This document shows, one piece after another, positions 30,148 through 41,084 of a stretch of 64,000 nt of DNA. Every line of letters begins with the position of its first letter. Position 1 is the stretch's first letter. This DNA is from a bacterium. GTDB taxonomy: Bacteria; UBA8248. Where the stretch lies: positions 3,680,001-3,744,000 of the forward strand of contig OZ244799.1 of the NCBI GenBank assembly GCA_965219955.1, given 5' to 3'. The translations under genes were made by a program, and so were the position numbers. The notes under the pieces were generated by a model. The model ran no database searches and had not been told where the DNA came from. It saw nothing but the letters and a program-made list of their open reading frames with translations.

Positions 30148-33100
30148 ATGCGGGATGAAGCGAAAAAAGTGGAGCAGTACTCTGTGCAGGACGTAATCTC
30201 ACTACCTGAATTGGTTTGGAGCAAGCGGCACGCACTCGGTACAATCAAACATTTGGTGCGTCCTCAACAAGACGATGCTATTAATGAGAAGACTCGGATC
30301 CGCGTATCCGCACGAATTGAAGAACCATTCCTCGTCCTTGCTTCCGGTGAAAAGGTTGTTCTGACTCGCCGACGCACATGTCCGCATCCGGACGATGCTG
30401 ACGGTGTTCTCCAACTACAAGACGATGGGTCTTATACTTGGTTGTCTCACCGTCTTCTTGAGAAGCAATATCAGGAAAATGAATGGAAGCGCCTAAAGAC
30501 TGATATATCTTTGTCTTGGCAGCCTGGTATTCGTTATGTCGCTGAAGAGATTAATAACGCTGGTAATATTGTCCGTCCAGGCTTGAGACCACCGCAAATC
30601 GGGGCACTTCATGGAATCGGCGCGCACTGGAGCCTACATCGGACGCCTGCCACAATAATCATGCCCACCGGTACTGGCAAAACTGAAACCATGATCGCTG
30701 CGCTTGTTGGCGAAATTCATGGTTCTCTCTTGGTAGTTACCCCGTCCACTTCACTGCGCAGACAGACACAGCGCAAGTTCCTGTCACTTGGCTTGCTAAG
30801 GCAGCTGGGTGTTATTGGCGACGAGGTACGCAATCCGATTGTTGGAACAATCACCAAGAGGCCGCGCGCTGAGGATGATCTTGATATTTTCACGGATTGC
30901 CATGTCGTCATAGCGACAATGAGCGTGGTCAGCCAAGGTACTGCCACCGATCTGGGATCCCAGATCGCAGATCGGTGTAGCAGCTTAATCATTGATGAAG
31001 CTCACCACGTAACTGCAAAGAGTTGGTCTTCATTCCGGGATCACTTTGCCGATCGACGTGTATTGCAGTTCACTGCCACGCCGTACCGACGAGACGGCAT
31101 GCTTGTGGATGGCGACATTATTTATTCGTATCCCCTACGGCGAGCCCAAGAGGACGGTTATTTCAAGCCAATCAATTTTGAACCCGTTTGCGAGATTGAC
31201 GGGAAAGATGCAGATTACGCCATTTCCAGGAAGGCCGTCGAACAACTCAAGGCTGATCTCGATGCAGGCTTTGATCATATCTTGATGGCGAGGTGTGGCC
31301 GGATTAGTCGGGCAGAACAGATCCTAAATACCTATCAGAAGCTATGTCCTCAGTACAATCCTGTTCTTGTTCATTCTGAGAACCCTGATGCCTACAAACA
31401 TCTCGAAAATTTGTTTTCGGGAAAAAGCCGAGTTGTGGTCTGTGTTGAAATGCTAGGCGAGGGTTTTGACTTGCCACAGCTAAAGATCGCCGCCGTTCAC
31501 GATACTCATAAGAGTCTCGCTATATTACTACAGTTCACAGGGCGTTTCACACGAACAGCATCTCGCAATATCGGCGATGCGACGGTTATCGCGAACATTG
31601 CCGACCAAGAGGTTTCTGCCGGACTGGAAAGGCTTTACAGCGAAGATGCAGATTGGAACTATCTGCTGGCTGAATTTAGTTCGAATGCGGCTAGAGAACA
31701 TAAGGAACTCGTCGAATTCTTATCACAATCTGCACCACTTGCAGAGCATTATGATCAAAAAGGTCAAGTTTCTCTATCACCGAGCCTTTTTCGGCCCAAG
31801 TTCAGCGCCGTAGCTTACCGAGCCACTGAATTCAACGCTTCCCGATTTTACAATGCTATTTCCGATTCAACGGAAGTTCACAACGCATGGCTTCACGCGG
31901 TATCCAATACGCTATATTTTGTTACCAAAAGTGAACCACCCGTTCAGTGGACGCGAGCTAAATCTGTTCACGATAGGGAGTGGCACCTGTTTGTTGTTCA
32001 CTATGACTCTGATTTGCATCTTCTTTTTATACACTCAAGCGATAAGTCCTCTTTGCATGATGACCTAGCCAAAGCGGTGGGTGGGGCTAACGCATCCCTG
32101 ATAAAGGGAGATTTGGTCTTTAGGACACTTGCCGGAATCAACCGCCTACAGTTCCAGAATATCGGTGTGACCCGGCATGCAAGGCGAAATCTTCGTTATG
32201 CGTTGTATACCGGTGCCGACGTAAAGCTCGCCTTGGATGTGTCACAGACGGCCGGGTCAACAAAGTCGAACTTACAAGGCACAGGTTTTGAAGACGGTCA
32301 CCCAGTGGCTGTTGGATGTTCCTACAAGGGACGGGTTTGGTCTAAGGAAAGCGGATCGCTCCAGGAACTTACGAGATGGTGTAAGCACGTAGGCACTAAG
32401 TTGCAGAATGATGATATCGAAACTGACTGGATCATTGACAATGTCATGATTCCGGAGGAGGTGGAGATATTTCCGGAAGAGATGATTCTTAGTCTGGAAT
32501 GGCCGATAGAGATTCTCCGACAGCAGGAGGATCGTATTTTGCTTCGTAACAACGGCCATGAGGTACCCTTGTCGCTTGTTGAATTAGTGTTTGAGCAAGT
32601 GTCCGATGATCGAAGGCGGCTGGGTTTCCATATTCAGTATCAAGATCTCCAGATGTCCTATGAATTTCAGCTAACTTCTACTGCCGGATATTCATATCGT
32701 CAGGTGGGTGGCAGAGCGTTGTCAATTACCATAGGACGACGGGACATGCTGCTCAGTGAATTTCTCAATGATTATCCGTTGCTTGTACGGTTTGTTGACT
32801 TAAGCGAACTTGATGGGAATTTATTGGTACGTCCGCAAGAGACACCGGTATTGAGTTTTCCTGCGAATCGTTTTCAAGTTTGGCGATGGGAAGGGACGGA
32901 TCCGAAAAAAGAGTCTTTATGGAAAAATCAGAATGAGCGCTTGGACTCTGTTCAGGCACGAGCTGTTCAAATGTTTTCACGTGATGCATTTGATGTCATC
33001 TTTGATGATGACGCGCCAGGTGAGGCAGCGGATCTCGTGTGCCTTAAGATGGATGATGACGTCATTCATCTTGCCCTAGTGCATTGTAAATATAGTTCGC

Positions 33101-33447
33101 AAATAGGAGGAGCACGGGTTAAGGACGTGGTGGAGGTTTGTGCCCAAGCAGTGCGGTCAGGGCGCTGGATTTGGAATTTCAAGGGCCTGTGTCGCCATAT
33201 CACCAAAAGAGAGCAGTTGCTTCGTACAGGTGAGCGATCAACTCGCTTCTTAAGCGGGAGCATACGTGAACTCAATCAAATTTTACGCGCTAGCCGTTTC
33301 AAGGAAGTTCGTGGCCAGATAATGGTGGTGCAGCCCGGCATATCACGCAAAGGGCATTCAGTTCAGCAGACAACTGTACTCGCCGCTGCCCATTGTTTCT
33401 TGAACGAAACTGTTGGTATCCCGCTGGACATCGCATGTAGCGAGTAG
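30148..33447 (+). CDS. SF2 DEAD/DEAH (ResIII-like) helicase with probable C-terminal PD-(D/E)xK-like nuclease
   Basis: LRPPQ, MPTGTGKT, IIDEAHH, FTATPYR, EGFDLP, QFTGRFTR; C-terminal GEAADLV...LVHCK. Confidence 0.88.
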   Translation: MRDEAKKVEQYSVQDVISLPELVWSKRHALGTIKHLVRPQQDDAINEKTRIRVSARIEEPFLVLASGEKVVLTRRRTCPHPDDADGVLQLQDDGSYTWLSHRLLEKQYQENEWKRLKTDISLSWQPGIRYVAEEINNAGNIVRPGLRPPQIGALHGIGAHWSLHRTPATIIMPTGTGKTETMIAALVGEIHGSLLVVTPSTSLRRQTQRKFLSLGLLRQLGVIGDEVRNPIVGTITKRPRAEDDLDIFTDCHVVIATMSVVSQGTATDLGSQIADRCSSLIIDEAHHVTAKSWSSFRDHFADRRVLQFTATPYRRDGMLVDGDIIYSYPLRRAQEDGYFKPINFEPVCEIDGKDADYAISRKAVEQLKADLDAGFDHILMARCGRISRAEQILNTYQKLCPQYNPVLVHSENPDAYKHLENLFSGKSRVVVCVEMLGEGFDLPQLKIAAVHDTHKSLAILLQFTGRFTRTASRNIGDATVIANIADQEVSAGLERLYSEDADWNYLLAEFSSNAAREHKELVEFLSQSAPLAEHYDQKGQVSLSPSLFRPKFSAVAYRATEFNASRFYNAISDSTEVHNAWLHAVSNTLYFVTKSEPPVQWTRAKSVHDREWHLFVVHYDSDLHLLFIHSSDKSSLHDDLAKAVGGANASLIKGDLVFRTLAGINRLQFQNIGVTRHARRNLRYALYTGADVKLALDVSQTAGSTKSNLQGTGFEDGHPVAVGCSYKGRVWSKESGSLQELTRWCKHVGTKLQNDDIETDWIIDNVMIPEEVEIFPEEMILSLEWPIEILRQQEDRILLRNNGHEVPLSLVELVFEQVSDDRRRLGFHIQYQDLQMSYEFQLTSTAGYSYRQVGGRALSITIGRRDMLLSEFLNDYPLLVRFVDLSELDGNLLVRPQETPVLSFPANRFQVWRWEGTDPKKESLWKNQNERLDSVQARAVQMFSRDAFDVIFDDDAPGEAADLVCLKMDDDVIHLALVHCKYSSQIGGARVKDVVEVCAQAVRSGRWIWNFKGLCRHITKREQLLRTGERSTRFLSGSIRELNQILRASRFKEVRGQIMVVQPGISRKGHSVQQTTVLAAAHCFLNETVGIPLDIACSE

Positions 33448-33856
33448 TGGCGACGCCATACAAATTGAAAGGCGTGGCGATACGCTGAATAAAATCTCTG
33501 AGACGCGGTTGGCTGTATTCGTGGTAAGACGGAGGAGGATTTCTAGAGTTGGCAACTAAGAGGCAGGTTGTGCCAGAAGAGATGTTGATCGTGTGGTTTG
33601 AAGCGCCCATAGAGCATCCCGCTTGGAAGGTTCGTACGTTTATTGACTCTACATAATGACGACCCTCCTCCAACCGAGGCAAGTTCAATGTCTTCGCCAG
33701 ACTTGCCTCTGAATGGTAATGAAGTCGTGAAATTGCTGTTTGGTTTCTTTACATTGTGTTGTAACGAGAGGATAGTTGTCTTGCGCTTATGCGATCGACT
33801 ATACCATCTGGACTTATTCAACCTATCTGATCGAGAAACCATGTAAGGTGCTCCTG

Positions 33857-34636
33857 ATGGAGAGAATAGTGTCCTGGCTCAAGTCGAACTCCTTGTCGGT
33901 TGTTTCACGATTGTTCGCTGTCTATTTCATTTGGGCGTTCCACATTCATGTAGGACTTCCGCCGACAAGGCCCTTGACACACACTGCAGCAGCTTATCTG
34001 GCGTTGTTTATCTTTTTCTTTGTTCTACCATTTGCGCAACGATTAAAGCTCGGGAAGATCATCGAGTTTGAAGCGAAAGTCGAACAAGTCCGGGCTGACA
34101 TAAAGGAGGTACGCACCGAAACACGGGAGTTGATATCCACAATGAGCGTTGCGGTTAATGCGATTTCTGCATCTATGAACCAAAGTGTGGTAGTGAATGT
34201 TGCAGCGTTGGAAGAAGAACGAGTAGTGGCGCGCGAACAGTTGTCAAGTGCCCTTGCCGAATCCCCGGATCTAACCAGAGAAGAGAGGGAAAATCTAGAA
34301 TACTTGAGAGCAGATAAATCGGACATACACTATGCACTTGCCCGCTTGAGAATGGATTTGGAGCGGGAGCTGCGAAGGATACTTGGCAAGCGGCTAGAAG
34401 CTGACGACCCGTCTCGGATGCGAGGCAGGTTTTTGTCAGCGCGGTCACTGTTTCAGCGACTTGGATCTGCGATTCCGCGCTATAAAAACATGGGAGATTC
34501 TTTCAAATACCTACTGCAGGTCTGCAATGCAGCAATTCACGGCCAAAGAATTCCAGAGAACATCGCCCACGATGCGATTGATATAGGGTTTCGCATCCTA
34601 CGAGAGTTAGAGAAAGAGAAAGCATTAGAGCAATAA
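33857..34636 (+). CDS. Two-TM membrane protein with coiled coil and HEPN/DUF4145-like C-terminal domain
   Basis: Two N-terminal hydrophobic helices; LRMDLERELRR and VCNAAIHG (RNxxxH-like). Confidence 0.6.
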   Translation: MERIVSWLKSNSLSVVSRLFAVYFIWAFHIHVGLPPTRPLTHTAAAYLALFIFFFVLPFAQRLKLGKIIEFEAKVEQVRADIKEVRTETRELISTMSVAVNAISASMNQSVVVNVAALEEERVVAREQLSSALAESPDLTREERENLEYLRADKSDIHYALARLRMDLERELRRILGKRLEADDPSRMRGRFLSARSLFQRLGSAIPRYKNMGDSFKYLLQVCNAAIHGQRIPENIAHDAIDIGFRILRELEKEKALEQ

Positions 34637-35735
34637 AGGGTTCAAATATCAGGATGTGCGAAGGCGCTCTTATACAACTATTTAGGTGTTCTGAGAACAA
34701 TATTTGATTTCTTGTCGAAAAGCTTGACCACAAATGACGTACAAGAAACGGAAGATAATACGTTTTCATTATTCGCAAATGGCCAGTTCGATCGTATTGA
34801 GTGTTGGTTTTGGAGTGTTCCGAATTACCTGATCAATTTCGTTTTCCAGACGGGACGGGACCATAGGTAATTATGCCTAAGAATAATCGTTCAAATTTGG
34901 TTTGTTAAGGGTGCGCGATTCGATGTGCGAATCTAAAAGTGCGGACCGCTGAAAGTAGGTTTTGGGTTCGCTTGGGTCGATCCGCCCCCCTTAATGGAGG
35001 TCTTTCAAGAGAGCCAAATCCTCCGGTAACTCTCGCAAGCGGTGTAAGGTATAAAGATTGATGAGGCGACGCCTGTTGGCAAATAGTGTGCATTGCAATG
35101 GCTGAAGTGTAATCCGGCCTGTGTCGCTGAATCAAAGTTGAGGGCCACCGAAGCAGGATCACAAGAAAGCTGTTGCGAGTTGGACTTCGGGAGAGGATTA
35201 CACAATAGTAAGTGTTCATACAGGCCGTGATGGCAGCACATCAACAACAGGAGTTCGGTGTCCTGTTTAAATAAAACTGGTTCAGCGGAATGCTTTTGCC
35301 GTTATCCCGGTTGGCAGGAACTTTAAGCAATTGCAGGGCATGTACAGCATTTCAATATGGCTCTTCAACTTATGGAGGTCGGTGTCAAACTAGATCCGGT
35401 CAGTGCGGAAGCCTACCCTATCACGGCTTGAGTGAACGCTTACACACAATATTCCGTCAGGAACCTACTAGAATACGTAGAAGTTTGAATTCCACCGCTT
35501 CCGTTTTGATTACAGATTGACGAAACCGAGTCCCCAACAAAACTCCAAAAAAACAAATACTCACAACAGTTTCAACAAACTACAAAGATTACTCCCCCGC
35601 TGGAAATCCCCGGCTGTCGGAAAACACGCGAAAGCGATTGTCTAACGGCAAAACGGGACCGACTCTTGGCGTCTCTGATCCGAAAACGGCCTATCGCTCC
35701 CGTGGATCGAGTCGTCCCGGCGATTGGGAGTACTT

Positions 35736-36680
35736 TCAAGGACGGTGGATACTTATTGTCATGACACCACTATTGTTCCGATACCAAACGTCATTGACCA
35801 ACAGCACGAGTTCGCCGTCGTCAGGCGCCTTGAATTTATGAGGCTGCTCGGAACCTTTCACACCCAGAACCGGGAAAACATAATGCCCCCTGTCGATGCG
35901 ACCGACGATTTGGAACCACACGCCTTCCGGATACGGCCGAAGCCATTCCACCGACCTGGCGAAGAACCTGACGAACCCGTCAAATTCGATGCCCGTCGGT
36001 TTCGCAGAATATTCTCCGTCCTTCCATTTATGGTGGCTGACGTACTTTGCAGTGTATGTCTCGCCTTTCAGGAGCAACAGCCCGGTCTCGTTGCGCTTCC
36101 GATTGGCAAGAATCTGGACCTCAGCGGTTTCGCCGACACCGATCCGCCGAGGACTGCTAACATCGGCGCAACAGGCCGGTTTCTCCAGGATTCCGTTCTT
36201 CGTTCCCGGTTGGGCAAAGGCCCGACTTGACAAATTCGAAAGCAGGCATATCGAGATCAACAAAATGAGCAAGGCGGTTAAAACAAAAACCGAGATGTAT
36301 ATAACCGGGAAGAACCGGCTGAGCATTGCAATATTTTTGGCTGCTTTGGGCATGGGGCTCGGAAGAAAAGCTGCCCCTCGAGTGGCTCCCCATCCCTGAA
36401 ATGCCCACTCCTGCTCCTCGGCCTTCACAAGCCGGTTAAGCCAGTACATTGTCAAGATGATCGCAGCAAGAACAATTCCAGGCATGGGAAATCTCATTCC
36501 CACGGTGACGAGGTTCTCGAGAAGTCCCGGCATAAAGACGCGAGCGATTTCTACGGGCCACCGCCAAATCGGTTCAACCGCATCACCCAGGATGATGACC
36601 ACAACAATAAACCACAACACCACCAAGTTAATTGCGACGAATAGATAGTACAGTTTTTTTCGTATGTCCTCGAAGGCCAT
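35736..36680 (-). CDS. Membrane protein (about 3 TM) with C-terminal beta-rich, possibly lectin-like domain
   Basis: Hydrophobic helices, then NETGL.L, WKDG, GELVLLVND..Y.NNSG; GAGG RBS. Confidence 0.65.
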   Translation of the reverse strand: MAFEDIRKKLYYLFVAINLVVLWFIVVVIILGDAVEPIWRWPVEIARVFMPGLLENLVTVGMRFPMPGIVLAAIILTMYWLNRLVKAEEQEWAFQGWGATRGAAFLPSPMPKAAKNIAMLSRFFPVIYISVFVLTALLILLISICLLSNLSSRAFAQPGTKNGILEKPACCADVSSPRRIGVGETAEVQILANRKRNETGLLLLKGETYTAKYVSHHKWKDGEYSAKPTGIEFDGFVRFFARSVEWLRPYPEGVWFQIVGRIDRGHYVFPVLGVKGSEQPHKFKAPDDGELVLLVNDVWYRNNSGVMTISIHRP

Positions 36681-36715
36681 GGAAACCTCAAGCGTTAACG
36701 TTTTCCCGGTACGTC

Positions 36716-37861
36716 TTATTCCGTTGGGACATCGCCCTTAACTATAGTGAATTGCTCATTCAGGATAACTTTTGGTGCATAATAGTCAGTGCCGCGTTCA
36801 ATACGCTCGAATACACTTGCGTGAATAGCTGGGCGTTCAACCCCGTGCTCATAAATATTTCGAGGCGCGTATCGATAGAACATGCCCAATCCGGTGCGCG
36901 AATCGTATATTCGACCGTGCGGGTCGGCGGCTTCGCGATATTCTCGCCACTTGCTCTCGAGAAACCGCAGTCCACACGAATCCGCCCTGTCCATCATCCA
37001 GAGTAGAGGAACGAGCGATAACGAGTCCTTCGGGTATCCACCGCCAACGTTCGCATGCACCCCGGCAAACCAGACTTGCCCGATAGTTTGTTTCTTCTGG
37101 TTGTCCATTCGGGTGGATTGATCACAATTTTTCGATTGCTTCCACACGTTGGGATGATACGTCTTCCGCTCGTCATCCAAGGCGAGCGCCTGATAAGCGT
37201 TGTGGATGCCGGGATGCGGAAAGAGATCGTGAAACCCCCACATTCGCCGTTTAAGAACCAGTCGCCAAAGACTGTCCACTATCTTCATCTCGTCGAACGG
37301 CATTCCAACAGCATCGACCGTATCCCAAACGCCTACGAAGTGAATTGGTATCGATCGAAGGTTCAGGTCATCGATACAAAGATATTTGCGTATTTGAGCA
37401 GATTTGGAATTCTCTTTGTCATCGTCTTCCGGAATTTTTTTCTCGCTTCGATAAGCGTCCAGGATTCGCTTCACGGTTCGTTTGCGCTTCCGGTGTCCCG
37501 GCTTGAGAAGAGCGTCGCGCTCGAGCAGTCCACATCGGCAGATCATGCCGGCGAGCGAACGCACGGTGAAAGCTCCCCGGCTGAATCCGAATAAAAAGAC
37601 CTTGTCGCCTTCCTCGTAGTTCATCGCGAGAAACTCGTAGGCTTCGCGAATCTTGCGGCTCAACCCCCATCCAAAGGCTCCGCTGAACAGCCGCAGCAAG
37701 CGCAGATTGTCGGTTCCGACACCGTCGTCGTAATACGTGATCTGTTTGTAATCCCCAAAGTGCCGATCGACGGAGTTGAAGATGCGCCAGACGTTCGTGC
37801 CGCGTGTTTTTCCGCCGCGGTTGCCTGTCCCATCCATGCAGATTACGATGTTCTTCGACAT
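36716..37861 (-). CDS. DUF2235 (Tle1-like) alpha/beta hydrolase
   Basis: CMDGTGN, TNVWR, YDDGVGT, FGFSRGAF, GVWDTV, ALALDDER, WFAGVHANVGGGY. Confidence 0.93.
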   Translation of the reverse strand: MSKNIVICMDGTGNRGGKTRGTNVWRIFNSVDRHFGDYKQITYYDDGVGTDNLRLLRLFSGAFGWGLSRKIREAYEFLAMNYEEGDKVFLFGFSRGAFTVRSLAGMICRCGLLERDALLKPGHRKRKRTVKRILDAYRSEKKIPEDDDKENSKSAQIRKYLCIDDLNLRSIPIHFVGVWDTVDAVGMPFDEMKIVDSLWRLVLKRRMWGFHDLFPHPGIHNAYQALALDDERKTYHPNVWKQSKNCDQSTRMDNQKKQTIGQVWFAGVHANVGGGYPKDSLSLVPLLWMMDRADSCGLRFLESKWREYREAADPHGRIYDSRTGLGMFYRYAPRNIYEHGVERPAIHASVFERIERGTDYYAPKVILNEQFTIVKGDVPTE

Positions 37862-38102
37862 CGGATTCCGTTCCTATGGATTTTTACAAACGATGCAAAA
37901 CGATCGAGTCACCCGCCAGAAGAGTCGAGTTACTCCCACACCTTTGCATTCATGATGGCTCGATACTGCCGAAATGCTCGCCAAGGATACTTCTCGTCCT
38001 TGACGTCTTTGACATGGAGTTTGAGTATTGAACCTGGATATACGATATCATGCAAAGGCATACAAATAGCACAAGCAGGTGCAAATAAAGGGAATTATAA
38101 GC

Positions 38103-38459
38103 TTAGCTATGCAAAGATGAATTCGAATTGTCGGATGAGAAAACACCCTTTGCAGACCATACAAATATACCAATAACAATATCCTTGAAAATTTCACTAA
38201 TAGCTTTCACTATGTCGAACCACTTCATTTGAAATGAATAAACCAAATTCATAATATCTACTATCACAACCATGAGTATAACTAAGCCTAGCGTCCATAA
38301 GAAAACATGGACACGCCAAGGCATTTTCGTTATGAATTTTAGACGACCACTCAGTTTTGCCTTCCTTCCTTTCAATGTGCCTCTAATTTCAAGATTCTCT
38401 TTAGGTTCATTTTCCAAATTATCTAAATGTTCCTTAATCTTATTTATATCGTTTTCCAT
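38103..38459 (-). CDS. Hypothetical AT-rich membrane protein
   Basis: 118-aa ORF with AAGGA RBS and a hydrophobic segment. Confidence 0.5.
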   Translation of the reverse strand: MENDINKIKEHLDNLENEPKENLEIRGTLKGRKAKLSGRLKFITKMPWRVHVFLWTLGLVILMVVIVDIMNLVYSFQMKWFDIVKAISEIFKDIVIGIFVWSAKGVFSSDNSNSSLHS

Positions 38460-38519
38460 GTCTCATTTCCTTCATGAGTGAACTAATCATTTCTCATTCA
38501 AAATTAACAAGAGCAATCC

Positions 38520-39578
38520 GAGTTACTTTCAGCTCTGGTGTATGGGCTGAATTGAAGAAGGCGGTGCATTCCTGCTGAAATAGGGTTGCCAGAAGCCCGG
38601 TCATTCAGCACATAGGAGATGCGCCACCAAGCAAGAAGATACGACCATTCCCTTTTCGAATCCAGCCTATCGGGACGAGTTGAGCGAACTGGCGCGCGAG
38701 GGCGCGCAACGAATCATCCGCCCGGCCGCGGAAGCAGAGTTGGGGGGCCTTTCTGGAAAAACACGCGGCCGCGCGTGACGCTTGGGGACGTCGCGCAGTC
38801 GTTCGTAACGGCTATTTGCCGTCGCGGGAGATTTCGACGGGAATCGGCCCGGTGCGGGTTCGTGTTCCGCGGACGCGGGACAGGAGCGGGGCGGGACGGT
38901 GTTTCTCTTCGGATTTGTTACTGCCGTATTTGAAGAAGGCGAGGCCGGTGGAGGCAGTATTGTTGAATCTGCAGGACCGGGGGGTGAAGGCGGCGTAGCT
39001 CGCGGTGGGCGATGGGGGGCTGGGATTCTGGTCAGCCTTGGCCGAGGTGTATCCCCAGACGCGTGCGCAGCGCTGCTGGGTGCACAAGACGGCGAACGTG
39101 CTCGACAAGCTGCACAAACGCATTCAGGGCGAAGCGAAGTCGATGCTGCACGAGATATGGCGGGCCGACACCCGGATGAATGCGCACAAGGTGCTGACAC
39201 GCTTAATATCCACTTGGAAGGTGAAGTACCCCAGGGCCGCCGAATGCCTGGCGAGGGGCCGGGAGTAGTTGTTCGCCTTCTACGACTTCCCGCAGGCGCA
39301 CTGTCAGAGGCTACGGGCGACGAACCCCATCGAGTCGACCTTCGCCACCATCCGCTTGTGAATGGCGAAGACCAGGAACTGTTTGAGTGAGAGGACGGCG
39401 CTGAGCCTCGTGCATCAGTTCGCCATGAGCGCCGAGAAGCGATGGCGCCGACTAGGCAGTTTCCATCATCTGGCCGAGGTGACCGCTGACGTGAGGTTCA
39501 TCAATGGTGTGGACGAAAAAAATTGGCAGGAAGGCTGCTGGATTCAGGACGGCCATACACCAAATTTGACAGTAACTC
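38520..39578 (+). mobile_element. Degenerate IS256-family element (internal deletion, frameshifts, stops)
   Basis: Terminal inverted repeats GAGTTACTTTCAGCTCTGGTGTATGG (38520) / CCATACACCAAATTTGACAGTAACTC (to 39578). Transposase fragments RNGYLPSREISTGIGPV, GDGGLGFW..QRCWVHK, TNPIESTFATIR. Confidence 0.9.
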
Positions 39579-39603
39579 CAATCTAGTAGCTCAAGTAGTT
39601 TTT

Positions 39604-40788
39604 TTATTGCGTTTTTTCGATATACGAGCGTAGAAACTTTTCGGTAACTTTGTCCGGACCTTTAATTCTTATAAGCCTGTAACCGTTGTCGCCGCACCAT
39701 TTCTCAGCCTCCGGGATATTAAGTGTATCAGGGGGCTGATAAACGAACGCCATTTTTCGGCTACGCAGAAGATAATCTAAACTATCTCCATCAGGCCAGT
39801 TTGGCGCCAAGCGAAAAAGAATTTCTTCGGAAGGAAAAATGGAGTGCAACACTTCGCCGAGTCTTTTAACCAAACGATGTGCTTCTGTTTCAGGATATTT
39901 GTCGGACCACCTTTTGTAATTGTCATGACGTTCTTTTTTCTCGTCATATTCAATGGATGTCTGTGAACGGGGAATAAGCTCGACGGTCTTCGGCTTGCCT
40001 GAGTCGGGCCAATAGTCTATTACTTTTCCCACCAAAGGTGCCGATACTACTCTATCCGATAACCATTTTGCCACTCGGTCATCCATCTTAGGCATATCGT
40101 CTAAAAGAAGCTTTATAACTCCGGCTAATTCGTCAGTATGAACATCTAGAAGACCGTGATGCCCCTTATGATATTTGAGGATATCTTTATCCTGCAGTTC
40201 AAACGAAAACCACTCAAGACCAAGTTCCTTGATACAGTCTTGACTCTTGATGTCAATGTGCTGTTTGCTCCAGAAGGCCATAGCTGATTGCCTACGAGGA
40301 CGGACGGCTTTAGGATGATTCCTCAGATCGATCACTTTCGAATTTTGAGATGCAACGTCTAGGGGGAATACGCACACCCTCCCTTTGTCACCAACCTTCC
40401 CGCCGCTAGCAAAATACACGGCAACATCCAGGTCGGTGGTAACATCAAGAAGCTTGGTAGGTATTCCGTAGTGCTGAAGAAATCCAACGGAAAGCATAGG
40501 CTCAATTTCCAGCATTTTCTGCAACTTGATGTCGACACAACATGCTACCGTCTCAATTTTATTTTTCACATCATCCGGAAGCGCTTCATCTGTTTTCATT
40601 CTATGCATGCTTGAAGTCGTTGTAGGATATGGGCAGCTTTCGCCTCGGTACAGGTATGCTGGCATTTCGACTTTGATACTCTCGCCTGAGTTGATATCCT
40701 TGGCTTTTGGGGGACTAACAGTCTTGTTTGGGTCGTAGTTTGACCTGATGTGTTCAACACACGCATGAAGAGAAGAAAAATGTTTCAT
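39604..40788 (-). CDS. FRG domain protein
   Basis: YLYRGES, LQHYGIPTKLLDVT.DLDVAVYFA, RPRRQSA; GAGGA RBS before ATG 40788. Confidence 0.85.
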   Translation of the reverse strand: MKHFSSLHACVEHIRSNYDPNKTVSPPKAKDINSGESIKVEMPAYLYRGESCPYPTTTSSMHRMKTDEALPDDVKNKIETVACCVDIKLQKMLEIEPMLSVGFLQHYGIPTKLLDVTTDLDVAVYFASGGKVGDKGRVCVFPLDVASQNSKVIDLRNHPKAVRPRRQSAMAFWSKQHIDIKSQDCIKELGLEWFSFELQDKDILKYHKGHHGLLDVHTDELAGVIKLLLDDMPKMDDRVAKWLSDRVVSAPLVGKVIDYWPDSGKPKTVELIPRSQTSIEYDEKKERHDNYKRWSDKYPETEAHRLVKRLGEVLHSIFPSEEILFRLAPNWPDGDSLDYLLRSRKMAFVYQPPDTLNIPEAEKWCGDNGYRLIRIKGPDKVTEKFLRSYIEKTQ

Positions 40789-41084
40789 TTGACATTCCTC
40801 TGATTTAGGGTTCACATGCACAATAGTCAAAGCTACGACAGTTTCTTTACCGAATCCAGCTTTTCGGGACGAACTCAGCACACCTGATAGTTTCGACAGC
40901 GTACGACGGTACTTTCAGGCAATACGGCTCCAGCGGATATTCTTCGTATACTCTTCGAAGCAGGGGAATGATGTCACAATCCCCCGGTCAGGGCCCATCC
41001 CTCCAATGGCTTCTGTAAACGCTAGGTCTGCGGCGGTCACAAACTTGCTTCACCCACCGCTGAAGCATAGGGATATTAGGACTG

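Noticed and set aside
30148-33447. Type I/III restriction-modification system
   Set aside because: No methyltransferase or specificity subunit nearby.
35736-37861. Stop-codon readthrough joining DUF2235 to the downstream membrane protein
   Set aside because: The two ORFs are in different frames, and the second has its own RBS.
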